DNA from: Patescibacteria group bacterium
GTDB taxonomy: Bacteria; Patescibacteriota; Patescibacteriia; Patescibacteriales; UBA12465
Length of the DNA stretch: 64,000 nt
NCBI GenBank assembly: GCA_050949505.1
Contig: JBMNFV010000001.1
Location: 158,284 to 222,283 of the forward strand
Direction: 5' to 3'
The position numbers and the translations under genes were made by a program. This document shows positions 40,011 to 48,571 of this stretch, in pieces. Numbering within the stretch: position 1 is the stretch's first letter; every line of letters starts with the position of its first letter. The notes below the pieces were generated by a model that worked only from the letters and a program-made list of their open reading frames with translations, ran no database searches and was not told where the DNA came from.

Positions 40011-40590
40011 ATTTATTTAAACTAGCTAGGCGTTGTTCAAATAGTTTTTGTATTTTTTGAGCAATTTCTTTTATTGCGGGACGACCATCAATGGTGATTA
40101 ATTTACCTTGTTGACGGTAGTAGTCAAGGACAGGCTTAGTTTCTCGTTGGTAGACTTGCAGGCGAGTTTTAACAGTAGTGATATTGTCATCAGCTCGGCC
40201 AGAGCGCTTGCCGCGAAGCAGAATGCGCTTGAGAGCTTCTGACTGGCTCAGCTGTAGATTAATCACTAGATGTATCTCCGTCTGACTGCGCTTAGCTAGT
40301 CTATCTAATTCTCTAGCTTGACCGAGAGTTCTTGGATAGCCATCAAAGATAAAGCCAGCTACCCGCTTATTTTTTTCAATATGGTCTTCAACAATTTTAA
40401 TAATAATCTTATTAGGAATTAGTCGTCCAGAGCTTAGGTAGCGCTTGAGCTGTTCTCCGAGAACCTTATCGCCTAATAGTTGTCGAGATAGCTCGCCACT
40501 AGAAAGGTGGCTTAAATTATTAGCTCGCGCTAAGAGCTGAGCCTGGGTGCCCTTGCCCGCTCCAGGCGAGCCAAAGATAACGACATTCAT
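40009..40590 (-). CDS. adk: Adenylate kinase (short-lid type)
   Basis: 193 aa. P-loop GSPGAGKGTQ, plus FIFDGYPRT. Confidence 0.9.
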   Translation of the reverse strand: MNVVIFGSPGAGKGTQAQLLARANNLSHLSSGELSRQLLGDKVLGEQLKRYLSSGRLIPNKIIIKIVEDHIEKNKRVAGFIFDGYPRTLGQARELDRLAKRSQTEIHLVINLQLSQSEALKRILLRGKRSGRADDNITTVKTRLQVYQRETKPVLDYYRQQGKLITIDGRPAIKEIAQKIQKLFEQRLASLNK

Positions 40591-40744
40591 AAAATCTAAA
40601 AATGATTACTTAGTATTTTAAGTATAGCTAAAAATTCTTAAATTATCTATAAAAAGATAATTAAGTAATTATTATCACGGTTAATTAAATTAATAAAAAT
40701 GATGTTTTGGACAAGAAATATTGCATTTAAGCCAGGAAACATAA

Positions 40745-40773
40745 TTGACAGAGAGTAGTTATGGGTATATATT
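40745..40773 (+). promoter_or_regulatory. Promoter of the DUF5320-DUF134 operon
   Basis: TTGACA (40745-40750), 17 nt spacer, TATATT (40768-40773). Confidence 0.5.
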
Positions 40774-40811
40774 TATAACAGTTAGTTTAAATAAATAAAA
40801 AGATTAAGTAT

Positions 40812-41045
40812 ATGCCAAGATTAGATGGGACTGGGCCACTAGGAAATGGCCCTCAAGACGGGCGGGGTCAGGGAGATTGTGGTAAGCGAAGTTGTCCAGG
40901 GTGTAGATATTTAAGAAGGATATTTAGGGGTACTCGGAGAAATGAAGCCTCTCTTACAGCAGGCAGTCTGGCCGAGCAAAAGAAGATCTTGCTAGATAAA
41001 TTAGCTAGACTAGAAGAGCAGGAAAAAGACTTAGAGCAAAGCTAG
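40812..41045 (+). CDS. DUF5320-family protein
   Basis: 77 aa. N-terminal MPRLDGTGPLGNGPQDGRGQGDC matches the MPRxDGTGPxGxGPxTGRGxGxC signature. Coiled-coil C-terminus. Confidence 0.75.
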   Translation: MPRLDGTGPLGNGPQDGRGQGDCGKRSCPGCRYLRRIFRGTRRNEASLTAGSLAEQKKILLDKLARLEEQEKDLEQS

Positions 41046-41050
41046 TTATT

Positions 41051-41326
41051 ATGTCTAGACCACGGCTAAATAGAAGGGTAAGTTTTGATCCTCAAGTTAG
41101 ATGCTTTAAGCCTTGTGGCGTGCCGATGACGGAGCTTCAAATGGTGGAGCTTAGCAGAGAAGAGGTGGAGACATACCGATTGCGCTATATTGATAATCTG
41201 GAACAAAAAGCGGCAGCCAAACAGATGGAAACTTCGCAGAGCACCTATCAGAGGATTCTAATTTCTGCTCATAAGAAAATAAGCGACGCCTTGGTTAACG
41301 GTAAGGCGATTAAAATTATTTATTAA
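41051..41326 (+). CDS. DUF134 (UPF0251) putative DNA-binding protein
   Basis: 91 aa. Motifs: RPRLNRRVSFDPQVRCFKPCGVP, an HTH-like segment, and C-terminal ALVNGKAIKI. Confidence 0.8.
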   Translation: MSRPRLNRRVSFDPQVRCFKPCGVPMTELQMVELSREEVETYRLRYIDNLEQKAAAKQMETSQSTYQRILISAHKKISDALVNGKAIKIIY

Positions 41327-41343
41327 TTTAATTATAAAGAATT

Positions 41344-42306
41344 ATGAAGAATAAAAAAAATTCTTTACCAATTATCGCCTTATTAGCCTTAGGGCTAGTG
41401 GCAGTAATTATAATCTTTGCTAGACCAGCGACTGGACCTAGTCCGGAAGAGTCATTGGAGGCTAAAAAAATTAATGGCCTAATGATGTTAATTGAATTTG
41501 AAGACATGGATGGGGTTTGGCAGTGGGAGAAAGAACTGGATAAGCGAGGCCTGACAGCCCTAATGGATGTTCAGGCTAATATGCTTAGAGAGTATCCTGA
41601 AGACTTTAAGCGCTTAGCAGATAAGGGCTATGAGATAGCCGGAGTGAGCAGTGGTGAACCCTATTGGGGAGTTCCTTATGAAAAGCAGTATCAGGACATG
41701 CTAGACACTAAAAATCTAGTTGAAGAAATAACTGGCAAGAAAATGCGGGTCTTTAGCAGCAAGTACTTTGCCTACGATGAAACTACCCTGCAAGTTGCTG
41801 ATGAGTTGGGAGTGGAATATCTCTTAGGACGAGGAGTTAATGATGTTGAAGCTACTTTATATAGTCCAGAAGAGTATGAAGCCAAGATAATCTCTGTTAC
41901 TAATGTGGATGTTGGCGAGCCCATGGGCCGAGGCTCTTTATGTGACTACAGTCTCTGGGCCAGAGGAGCTAGCGGTCAAGAGTTCAGAGAGATTTTAGAA
42001 GAGAGTCTCGCTAAGGAGCCAGATAACATGATTTTAGTTTCTCACGCCTATTTAGGAGGAACTAGACTAGAGTGGTGGAATGAGTATGAGAGAGTTTTAT
42101 CATCAGACAAGGTTATCTGGAAAGGTTTTTCTGAGTGGATAGACAATCAAGCGGAGATAAGCTTGCCGATTGATGAGATTCCCGTTAATCAAGAAGTTAA
42201 GTATACCACTCCTAGTCCCGCTAAAGAAATTAGCGAATACGAAGCTATTCCTGGATTAGGTGAGGGATCATTTACCTTGCCCAACGAAGAGCTGATGTGC
42301 CTATAG
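41344..42306 (+). CDS. Membrane-anchored or secreted protein with a NodB (CE4 polysaccharide deacetylase)-like motif order but substituted metal ligands (weak call)
   Basis: 320 aa with an N-terminal TM. By eye: IEFEDMDG (vs TFDDG), GYEIAGVSSGEPY (vs H-x-x-x-H region, no His), MRVFSSKYFAY (vs RxPY), DYSLW (vs DxxDW), MILVSHAY (vs I-V-L-x-H). Confidence 0.4.
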   Translation: MKNKKNSLPIIALLALGLVAVIIIFARPATGPSPEESLEAKKINGLMMLIEFEDMDGVWQWEKELDKRGLTALMDVQANMLREYPEDFKRLADKGYEIAGVSSGEPYWGVPYEKQYQDMLDTKNLVEEITGKKMRVFSSKYFAYDETTLQVADELGVEYLLGRGVNDVEATLYSPEEYEAKIISVTNVDVGEPMGRGSLCDYSLWARGASGQEFREILEESLAKEPDNMILVSHAYLGGTRLEWWNEYERVLSSDKVIWKGFSEWIDNQAEISLPIDEIPVNQEVKYTTPSPAKEISEYEAIPGLGEGSFTLPNEELMCL

Positions 42307-42339
42307 GGCTAGCTAAAGGGAAAGATAATAAGCTAAACA

Positions 42340-42371
42340 AAAACTACTTAGACTTAATCTAAGTAGTTTTT
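42340..42371 (+). terminator. Terminator after the 41344 gene, abutting the tRNA-Lys 3' end
   Basis: ACTACTTAGA / TCTAAGTAGT perfect 10-bp stem followed by TTTTT. Confidence 0.8.
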
Positions 42372-42447
42372 TGGTGCGCCGTGTAGGATTCGAACCTACG
42401 ACCGTCTCCTTAAGAGGGAGCTGCTCTGCCAACTGAGCTAACAGCGC
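42372..42447 (-). tRNA. tRNA-Lys (anticodon CTT), CCA encoded
   Basis: Reverse complement reads GCGCTGT..anticodon loop CTCTTAA..GGTTCGAATCC..ACGGCGCACCA. Confidence 0.85.
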
Positions 42448-42457
42448 TAAAATAAGC

Positions 42458-42534
42458 TGGTGGCGGGGGAGGGGATCGAACCCTCGACCTTAGCGTTATG
42501 AGTGCTACGCTCTAACCAACTGAGCTACCCAGCC
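42458..42534 (-). tRNA. tRNA with anticodon CAT and a G1-C72 pair (elongator Met, or Ile2 if lysidine-modified), CCA encoded
   Basis: Reverse complement reads GGCTGGGTAGCTCAGTTGGTTAGAGC..CTCATAA..GGGTTCGATCCCC..CCACCA. One U4-C69 mismatch in the acceptor stem. Confidence 0.8.
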
Positions 42535-42600
42535 TAAATATTTAATTGATAGCCCGATTATCTTACTACAAGTTTGAATAAATTTCAAGGCTTGATTTAG

Positions 42601-42674
42601 CGCGCCCGGCAGGACTTGAACCCACAACCCCTTGGTCCGAAGCCAAGTGCTCTATCCAGTTGAGCTACAGGCGC
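42601..42674 (-). tRNA. tRNA-Arg (anticodon TCG)
   Basis: Reverse complement reads GCGCCTGTAGCTCAACTGGATAGAGC, anticodon arm CTTGGCTTCGGACCAAG, T-loop GGTTCAAGTCC. Confidence 0.85.
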
Positions 42675-42723
42675 AAAAAGACTTCAGTCAGTCACAAGCT
42701 GACTGAAGGGATAATTATTGGAA

Positions 42724-43011
42724 TTAACGATTTCCTTTTAGAGCTTGCTTGAGGTGGTGACCAGTTTTAAACTTAGCTACCTTAACCTCAGGAATAATAA
42801 TTCGCTCCTTAGGATTTTGCGGATTTACGCCACCGCGGGCATAACGGACTCTAGATAAAAAAGTCCCAAAGCCAGCAATGGTTACCTCTCTATCGTTTTT
42901 CAACTCTTCAATGATAGTGTTGGTTAAGGTATCTAACATTTTTTCGGCCTGTTTTTTGTTTAGACCCTCAACTTCACGATAGATTTTATCTATCAATTGA
43001 GCTTTATTCAT
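42724..43011 (-). CDS. hup: HU-family DNA-binding protein
   Basis: 95 aa. Motifs: MNKAQLIDKI, GFGTF, RNPQ-like arm GVNPQNPKERIIIPEVKVAKFK. Confidence 0.9.
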   Translation of the reverse strand: MNKAQLIDKIYREVEGLNKKQAEKMLDTLTNTIIEELKNDREVTIAGFGTFLSRVRYARGGVNPQNPKERIIIPEVKVAKFKTGHHLKQALKGNR

Positions 43012-43059
43012 AAGCGGAATGGTTAATAAATAAAAGCAAATTGATCAGGTGAAGATTGA

Positions 43060-44583
43060 TTAACGAGCATATTCAATGGCCCGTAATTCTCGGATAACAT
43101 TAATCTTTATCTCCCCTGGGTATTTTAACTCATTTTCTATCTTTTTTGCAATATCTCTAGCCAAATTATGAGCTTGGAGGTCATTTATCTTCTTGGGCTC
43201 AACAAAAACCCGAACTTCTCGACCAGCTTGAATAGCGTAAGCTTTTTCTATTCCTTCAAAACTTAAGGCAATATCTTCTAGCTCTCCTAAGCGCTGTAGA
43301 TAGTTCTCGTAGTTATCATTTCTCGCTCCAGGACGAGCGGAGGAAATAGCGTCAGCGACCTTAACGATAATAGAGACTAGAGTAGCGGGCAGGTCATCAT
43401 GATGAGTGGCAATGGGGGCAATAATTTCTTCAGGTAGATTGAATTTTTTAGCAATATCCCGACCAATGTCAGTATGATTGCCTTGGACTTCATGGTCAAC
43501 GGCCTTACCAATGTCATGTAAGAGAGCGCCTTTTTTTGCTAGATTGACATCAGCGCCTAATTCTTCAGCTAAAATTCCGGCTAAATGAGCCACTTCAATG
43601 GAGTGTCTTAGGGCATTTTGGCCATAGCTAGTCCGATATTTTAAACGACCAAGAATTTGCACTAGCTTAGGATCAAAGCCAGTGACGCCCACCTCATACA
43701 TTGCCTCCTCACCTGCCTTTTTAATATCAATGACAATATCTCGTTTAGCATTCTCTACTGCATCTTCAATTTTAGTGGGATGAATACGCCCGTCTTTGAT
43801 TAAATGATCAAGTGCTTTTTTAGCAATATGACGTCTAATTAAGGAAAAGCCGGAGATGGTAATAGCATTAGGAGTGTCATCAACAATAATTTCTACCCCA
43901 GTCATATTCTCAATTGCCTTAATGTTTCGTCCTTCTTTGCCGATAATCCGCCCCTTCATTTCATCACTAGGAAGGTCTACCGTGGTAGTGGTAAGTTCTA
44001 CGGTATAGTCAGACACTAGTCTTTGCATAGCGAGAGCCATAATGTCCCGAGCTTTTTCTTCTAGAGTATCTTCAGCATAGTCTTCTAATTTTCTGATCCT
44101 GACCTTTAAGTCTTCAGCTTGGTTTTCTTCTATTTTCTCTAAGAGAATTTCCTTAGCCTCTTCAGGGCTTAGTTTAGATATTTCCGCCAACTTAATCTCT
44201 TGCTGCTCTTTAACCGCTTTAATTCGCTCTTTAATTTCTTGGACTTCATTAACCTTATCATAGAGCTTTTGTTGTTTGTCTTGGAGCTCTATTAGTTTTT
44301 GAGAAAAAGAATTTTCTCGTTGCTCTAATCGTTTCTGTAATTGGCTGATTTCTTGGCGACGACTAGCTTCATCTTTTTTAGCATCTTCAATAATATGAAA
44401 AGCCTTGTCCTGAGCCTCAATCAACAGCTCTTTCTCTTTTAATTTAGCGTCATTAATGAGTTTTTCTGCCTTATCCGCAGCGTTGTCAATCTTAGTGATG
44501 ACCAACTTTTTGTAGTAGAAGAGGCCAACAAAAAAACCACCAACCGCTACTGCGAAATACAGAAAATAGTTTAAGTATTCCAT
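43060..44583 (-). CDS. rny: Ribonuclease Y
   Basis: 507 aa with an N-terminal TM, coiled coil, KH domain (IIGKEGRNIKA) and HD domain (LLHDIGKA). Confidence 0.9.
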   Translation of the reverse strand: MEYLNYFLYFAVAVGGFFVGLFYYKKLVITKIDNAADKAEKLINDAKLKEKELLIEAQDKAFHIIEDAKKDEASRRQEISQLQKRLEQRENSFSQKLIELQDKQQKLYDKVNEVQEIKERIKAVKEQQEIKLAEISKLSPEEAKEILLEKIEENQAEDLKVRIRKLEDYAEDTLEEKARDIMALAMQRLVSDYTVELTTTTVDLPSDEMKGRIIGKEGRNIKAIENMTGVEIIVDDTPNAITISGFSLIRRHIAKKALDHLIKDGRIHPTKIEDAVENAKRDIVIDIKKAGEEAMYEVGVTGFDPKLVQILGRLKYRTSYGQNALRHSIEVAHLAGILAEELGADVNLAKKGALLHDIGKAVDHEVQGNHTDIGRDIAKKFNLPEEIIAPIATHHDDLPATLVSIIVKVADAISSARPGARNDNYENYLQRLGELEDIALSFEGIEKAYAIQAGREVRVFVEPKKINDLQAHNLARDIAKKIENELKYPGEIKINVIRELRAIEYAR

Positions 44584-44910
44584 AGATAATGTAGGGTCTT
44601 GGTAGTTAAAGAAGAAGGTGAGTTTGTTTTTGGAAAATTAATAAGCTGCCCAAAATAATTTAGGTAAATTAGCCCAGAAGTTTATCAGGTTTTTTAGCTA
44701 ACTTTAAGCAATAATTACAATAAAGCATAATTAAATAATCTCAAAAAAACAAGCTCGATCAATAAAAACAAACAAAATTCTTTTTCTTTAACTAACAAAA
44801 ACTGTCCTATTTAATAAATTATAAATTACCTTATTACTCTAGCACTAATTTTAGATTTTGGGAAGGGGGCAGGAGCTTTAAGGACTACTTAGTCAAAAAT
44901 TACGCCACCA

Positions 44911-44939
44911 TTGACTTTTATCTAATATTGCGATATACT
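44911..44939 (+). promoter_or_regulatory. Promoter of the first Fib_succ_major gene
   Basis: TTGACT (44911-44916), 17 nt spacer, TATACT (44934-44939). Confidence 0.5.
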
Positions 44940-45004
44940 AATCATAGTTAATACAAGATTAACTAGTAATTTAACAATTGAATAATAACAAAAAATATAT
45001 TGAA

Positions 45005-46267
45005 ATGAAAACAATTCTGAAATTAGGCATTAAAAAGGCGATAGTCTTTTTAGCCACCGCTGTTTTCCTGGCCACTAGTTGCCAGGAGGTGCCCCCGACC
45101 GTTGTAACTGGGGAAGTGAGTGTTAATATAACTGAAGCCAAGCTAACTGCTTGGGGAAAGGTAACTAGAATGGGTAGCGAACAAGTAACTGACTTTGGCT
45201 TCTGTGTTAGTAAACACGCCGAGCCAACGATTAGTGACCTTAGCTATAATGCAGATGGACCTCAAGCAAACTTTAATGTAAGCATTACTGACTTAGAGGT
45301 TGGTCAAACCTATTTCATTAGAGCCTATGCTCGTAGTTTAGCAGGCATAGGTTATGGACAGACAAAGGAAGTGGCCTTCAATAGTCTCTCTAAAGTTAAA
45401 ACCTTAGAAGCGACTCAAGTAAGGGACACTATAGCCACACTTAGAGCGGAAGTTCATACCTATGGCTACGCGACTAACACCTATTTTGAAATTTCTTCTC
45501 CTAGTTTAGGACTACGTCAAGTTCCAGTAACTAGTGAAGGAGAGATAGAGCTTGAAGTAGGGGGTTTAGCTAGAAGTGAAACTCATAGTTATACTATCGT
45601 CTCTGAGAATGAGCATGGGATAGCTAGAGGAAAGACTGCTAGCTTCAAGACTTGCCAAGAAATAGTCAAAGACTATGATGGTAATGAATACATTGCTATC
45701 AAGATCGGTGAACAAGTATGGTTGCAAAGCAACCTTAAAACTACTCACTTCTTAAATGGTGACCCTATTCCTGAGGTCACTGATAACATTGAGTGGATAA
45801 ACCAAACTGGTCCCGCTCGCTGTTATTACGATAACGACCCTCAGAATGGCGAAATCTACGGCGCTCTCTACAACTACCACGTAGGTGTTGACCCTAGAGG
45901 ACTAGTGGCGGGGTATAAGATTATGAGCGATAAAGAGGATTGGAGTCCCTTAATACTACTGCCAGACGAAGCTAGAGACCTAATGTCTCCGGACTACTGG
46001 TTAAGTTATGAAGGCTTACCAGTCTCTGGTATCACTAATTCCACTGGATTTAGTGCTTTGCCAGGAGGGAGAAGACGTATTATTACTGACGAGAGAGTAT
46101 TACCGATAAATTCGGAATTTTCCGAATTTAGAGTGGATGCCTTTTTTTGGACTAGTGACAAGTATGGCGTATACGGAGACTACATTAACCTAACTAATAC
46201 TCCTGGTAGCAGAGCTGGAATATTTCATTTCCAAACAGGCCTTAGCATAAGGCTAGTTAAGGAGTAA
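45005..46267 (+). CDS. Lipoprotein with Fn3-like N-terminal repeats and a C-terminal Fibrobacter-succinogenes-major-paralogous (Fib_succ_major, lectin-like) domain
   Basis: I start at ATG 45005 (MKTILKLGIKKAIVFLATAVFLATSC, lipobox-like). The track starts at TTG 44978. The C-terminal domain reads YDGNEYIAIKIGEQVWLQSNLKTTHFLNGDPI...CYYDNDPQNGEIYGALYNYH...NSTGFSALPGG...GLSIRLVKE. Confidence 0.75.
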   Translation: MKTILKLGIKKAIVFLATAVFLATSCQEVPPTVVTGEVSVNITEAKLTAWGKVTRMGSEQVTDFGFCVSKHAEPTISDLSYNADGPQANFNVSITDLEVGQTYFIRAYARSLAGIGYGQTKEVAFNSLSKVKTLEATQVRDTIATLRAEVHTYGYATNTYFEISSPSLGLRQVPVTSEGEIELEVGGLARSETHSYTIVSENEHGIARGKTASFKTCQEIVKDYDGNEYIAIKIGEQVWLQSNLKTTHFLNGDPIPEVTDNIEWINQTGPARCYYDNDPQNGEIYGALYNYHVGVDPRGLVAGYKIMSDKEDWSPLILLPDEARDLMSPDYWLSYEGLPVSGITNSTGFSALPGGRRRIITDERVLPINSEFSEFRVDAFFWTSDKYGVYGDYINLTNTPGSRAGIFHFQTGLSIRLVKE

Positions 46268-46276
46268 ATTAAAATT

Positions 46277-46309
46277 AAAGCGTTAATAATAACTATTAAC
46301 GCTTTTTTA
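46277..46309 (+). terminator. Terminator after 45005..46267
   Basis: AGCGTTAATA / TATTAACGCT perfect 10-bp stem followed by TTTTTT. Confidence 0.8.
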
Positions 46310-46357
46310 GATATATGCTATAATATAATTAGCTAAGAATAATTACTAGTTTAGTTT

Positions 46358-47937
46358 ATGAAACTATTTTATAAAAAATCATTAATTATTATTACTATCT
46401 CCTTAGGAGTTTTGGTGGTCGCTAGTGTACTTTCTGCGGTGGTAATAAATCAAAAAATAATAGACCAAGTAGGCAATGGCTTTAGATCGAAGAATACTCC
46501 TGGAAAAAACACCACGGCTGTCTTCTGGAATACTTCTAATAACTACAATCCTGCGACAGTAGCTAGTACGATTACTCAAATAGGGACTTGTATAGTTAAT
46601 AGTACCAACGTAGACTACTTCGTCCCCACCAGAACTAAAGGCGAGTGGAATTCTTTTGTAAGTGCGATCAATAAAAAATCAGTAACAGGGCTTTCTCTCT
46701 CAGACTTTTGTCCTGGTAATGGACAGTGTAATACTGTAGTGGGAGAGAATTGTGCTAACAGTTTAGGGGATTGTGGCTCTTGTGGTAGCCCTTGTCCCAG
46801 CTCAATTAGTTATGGAGGAGAGAGCTATGGTGTAGTTCAAATCGGCAGTCAGTGCTGGTTGGACAGAGACTTGAATGTTGGCACATGAGATAAGTCAAGG
46901 AAATAGTCCAGCCAACTAATAAGGGAGTTATAGAGAAATACTGTGTTGGCGAAGCAATAAGTGTTTCATCCTTCAGGCTTCAGGATCAAGGTGGACATCT
47001 ACACCAGGAGCGAGGCTACTGGCTTGGGGAGTACACCAGGCACGCAACAGGGAATATGTCCAACTGGCTGGCATGTACCAACGATGTCAATGAGTTTTCT
47101 ACCTTAGAGTAACTATTTATGGAGGGAACGTCGGAGGCCGGAGGGAATGTTAAAGGAGGCGGGGCTCCTGCAATACGGGAAGCGATGCGATTATTTAGTA
47201 CTGCTAATCATAGCCTATGATCATTGCGGTGGCGAAGTCACCAAATCCGTGGTAGCAAGCTCTCATGGGCCATGGCTTTAATGCGCGAGCCTACGTTTAT
47301 TTACACTGACCCAGCGTCCTTAACTTGCATGTGCGAATATAGGCAGAAAATACAGGATATTGGGCATCAGATGCTGATAACGTGCATGTGGACTTTATCA
47401 CACAGTAATACTAATCCTTTTGAGCCAGATAGCCGGTGCTCATCACCAACATACTATAATAATTATCAAGCCAGTCTCCCGGTCCGCTGTGTTCGTGATG
47501 AGCCTGCAATAAGGTTTTATGCCATCTTTGATGCTGGAGATTATGGGACTGTTAAAACTAATAGTGTGGCCGCTACAAGTAGTATCACTCAAATTATTTA
47601 TGGAACAGGAAAAAATACCGAAGCCGTAACAGTTACTCCATTTTCTGGCTATACATTTGATAGCTGGGAAATAATCTCTCCTACCCCTTCTATTAAAAGA
47701 ACTAACCCTTGGACTATCTCTAATATAAATGACCATTATTATGCAATAGCTCAGTATAAAGACAGTAGTTCAGGTGGCTCTGGATCTTCAGAAGAGGGGG
47801 TGTGCGCAGTAAGAGGAACTCTGCCTATTCACGGCTTTGACGGAAGGATACCAGACCCAACATTTGGGGATTACTGTGGGAGCCTAGGAGTAACACAATG
47901 CTTAAATTCTCCCGGGTGTGTATGGCTCTTTCAATAG
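46358..47937 (+). pseudogene. Disrupted surface-protein gene: TM anchor, Cys-rich spacer, Fib_succ_major domain (multiply frameshifted), Listeria/Bacteroides-repeat-like module, Cys-rich tail
   Basis: Track ORFs 46358..46888 and 47224..47937 are its two intact ends. Domain pieces between them are readable only by switching frames (see findings). The TTG at 47224 is not a credible independent start. Confidence 0.6.
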
Positions 47938-47965
47938 TTAGATATTTATTTAATTAGTTCTATAT

Positions 47966-48409
47966 ATGCTAAGATCTATGTTTAGCAAAAAATCTAATCT
48001 TATCTTAATCATTAGCCTGATTGTTTTAATTGGGGTAGCTATATGGTTGTTTATTTTTCTGAGGAAAGATCGCTACGTCCCCTATTATTATCCCTCTGAG
48101 TCAACAGAGATAGACTATTCTAATCTAGATATTATGAGCCAAGAGGAGGTTACTAAAGCGGGGGGTTTTAGATTAGGGATTTACGAGGCAGTTACTAGAG
48201 ATGAAGAAACAGGAACTCCAGTAGAGATGAGAATGGTGGGGATTAGAGAAGAAGAACCCTTAGAGCTAGAGTTAATGACTGATGAAGAGAAAATTCAATT
48301 CTATTTACCCTATACCCATAAGGTTCAAGTTCTCCAGCGAGACTCTGAAGGGGAGATTATGGCTTACCGGATCATTAATGATGATGAGGATATTGTCACT
48401 ATGTATTAG
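47966..48409 (+). CDS. Hypothetical membrane-anchored acidic protein
   Basis: 147 aa with an N-terminal TM (LILIISLIVLIGVAIWLFIFL). No recognised motif. Confidence 0.5.
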   Translation: MLRSMFSKKSNLILIISLIVLIGVAIWLFIFLRKDRYVPYYYPSESTEIDYSNLDIMSQEEVTKAGGFRLGIYEAVTRDEETGTPVEMRMVGIREEEPLELELMTDEEKIQFYLPYTHKVQVLQRDSEGEIMAYRIINDDEDIVTMY

Positions 48410-48427
48410 TTAGTAGTTAGTTTTTTA

Positions 48428-48458
48428 GAAATACCTCCACTAGTGGGGGTATTTTTTT
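48428..48458 (+). terminator. Terminator after 47966..48409
   Basis: ATACCTCCAC / GTGGGGGTAT stem (one G-U pair) followed by T7. Confidence 0.75.
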
Positions 48459-48542
48459 AAGAGCAAGTGAAGGCTGGGCTATATTGAGATCTCTTTAGTA
48501 AAAAGGTAATTAAAGTTTAAATTAGACTTTTAGGCCATTAAA

Positions 48543-48571
48543 TTGACTAATCGGTAAAAATGGAGTAAACT
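48543..48571 (+). promoter_or_regulatory. Promoter upstream of infB
   Basis: TTGACT (48543-48548), 17 nt spacer, TAAACT (48566-48571). Confidence 0.45.

Noticed and set aside
40600-42447. Genomic island integrated at the 3' end of tRNA-Lys (DUF5320/DUF134 operon)
   Set aside because: No integrase is present, and no copy of the tRNA-Lys 3' sequence (TGGTGCGCCGTGTAGGATTCGAACC) is visible near 40600-40810. Only the position is suggestive.
46886-46888. UGA recoding (genetic code 25, as in Gracilibacteria/SR1) as an explanation for the break at 46886
   Set aside because: Reading through TGA hits TAG five codons later. All long conserved genes in the window (polA, pnp, ftsH, hppA and others) are full length under the standard code, which would not hold in a UGA=Gly genome.
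44978-47937. Diversity-generating retroelement targeting the lectin-like domains
   Set aside because: No reverse-transcriptase ORF occurs in the window. The two domains are highly diverged at the protein level rather than differing only at adenines. The disruptions are indels and stops, not substitutions. I could not find a template/variable repeat pair by eye. An RT outside the window cannot be excluded.
47224-47937. Independent 237-aa gene starting at TTG 47224
   Set aside because: Its first ~95 aa are out-of-context fragments of the same Fib_succ_major domain, ending in VRCVRDE. No promoter or RBS precedes it. It is better explained as the 3' portion of the disrupted gene starting at 46358.
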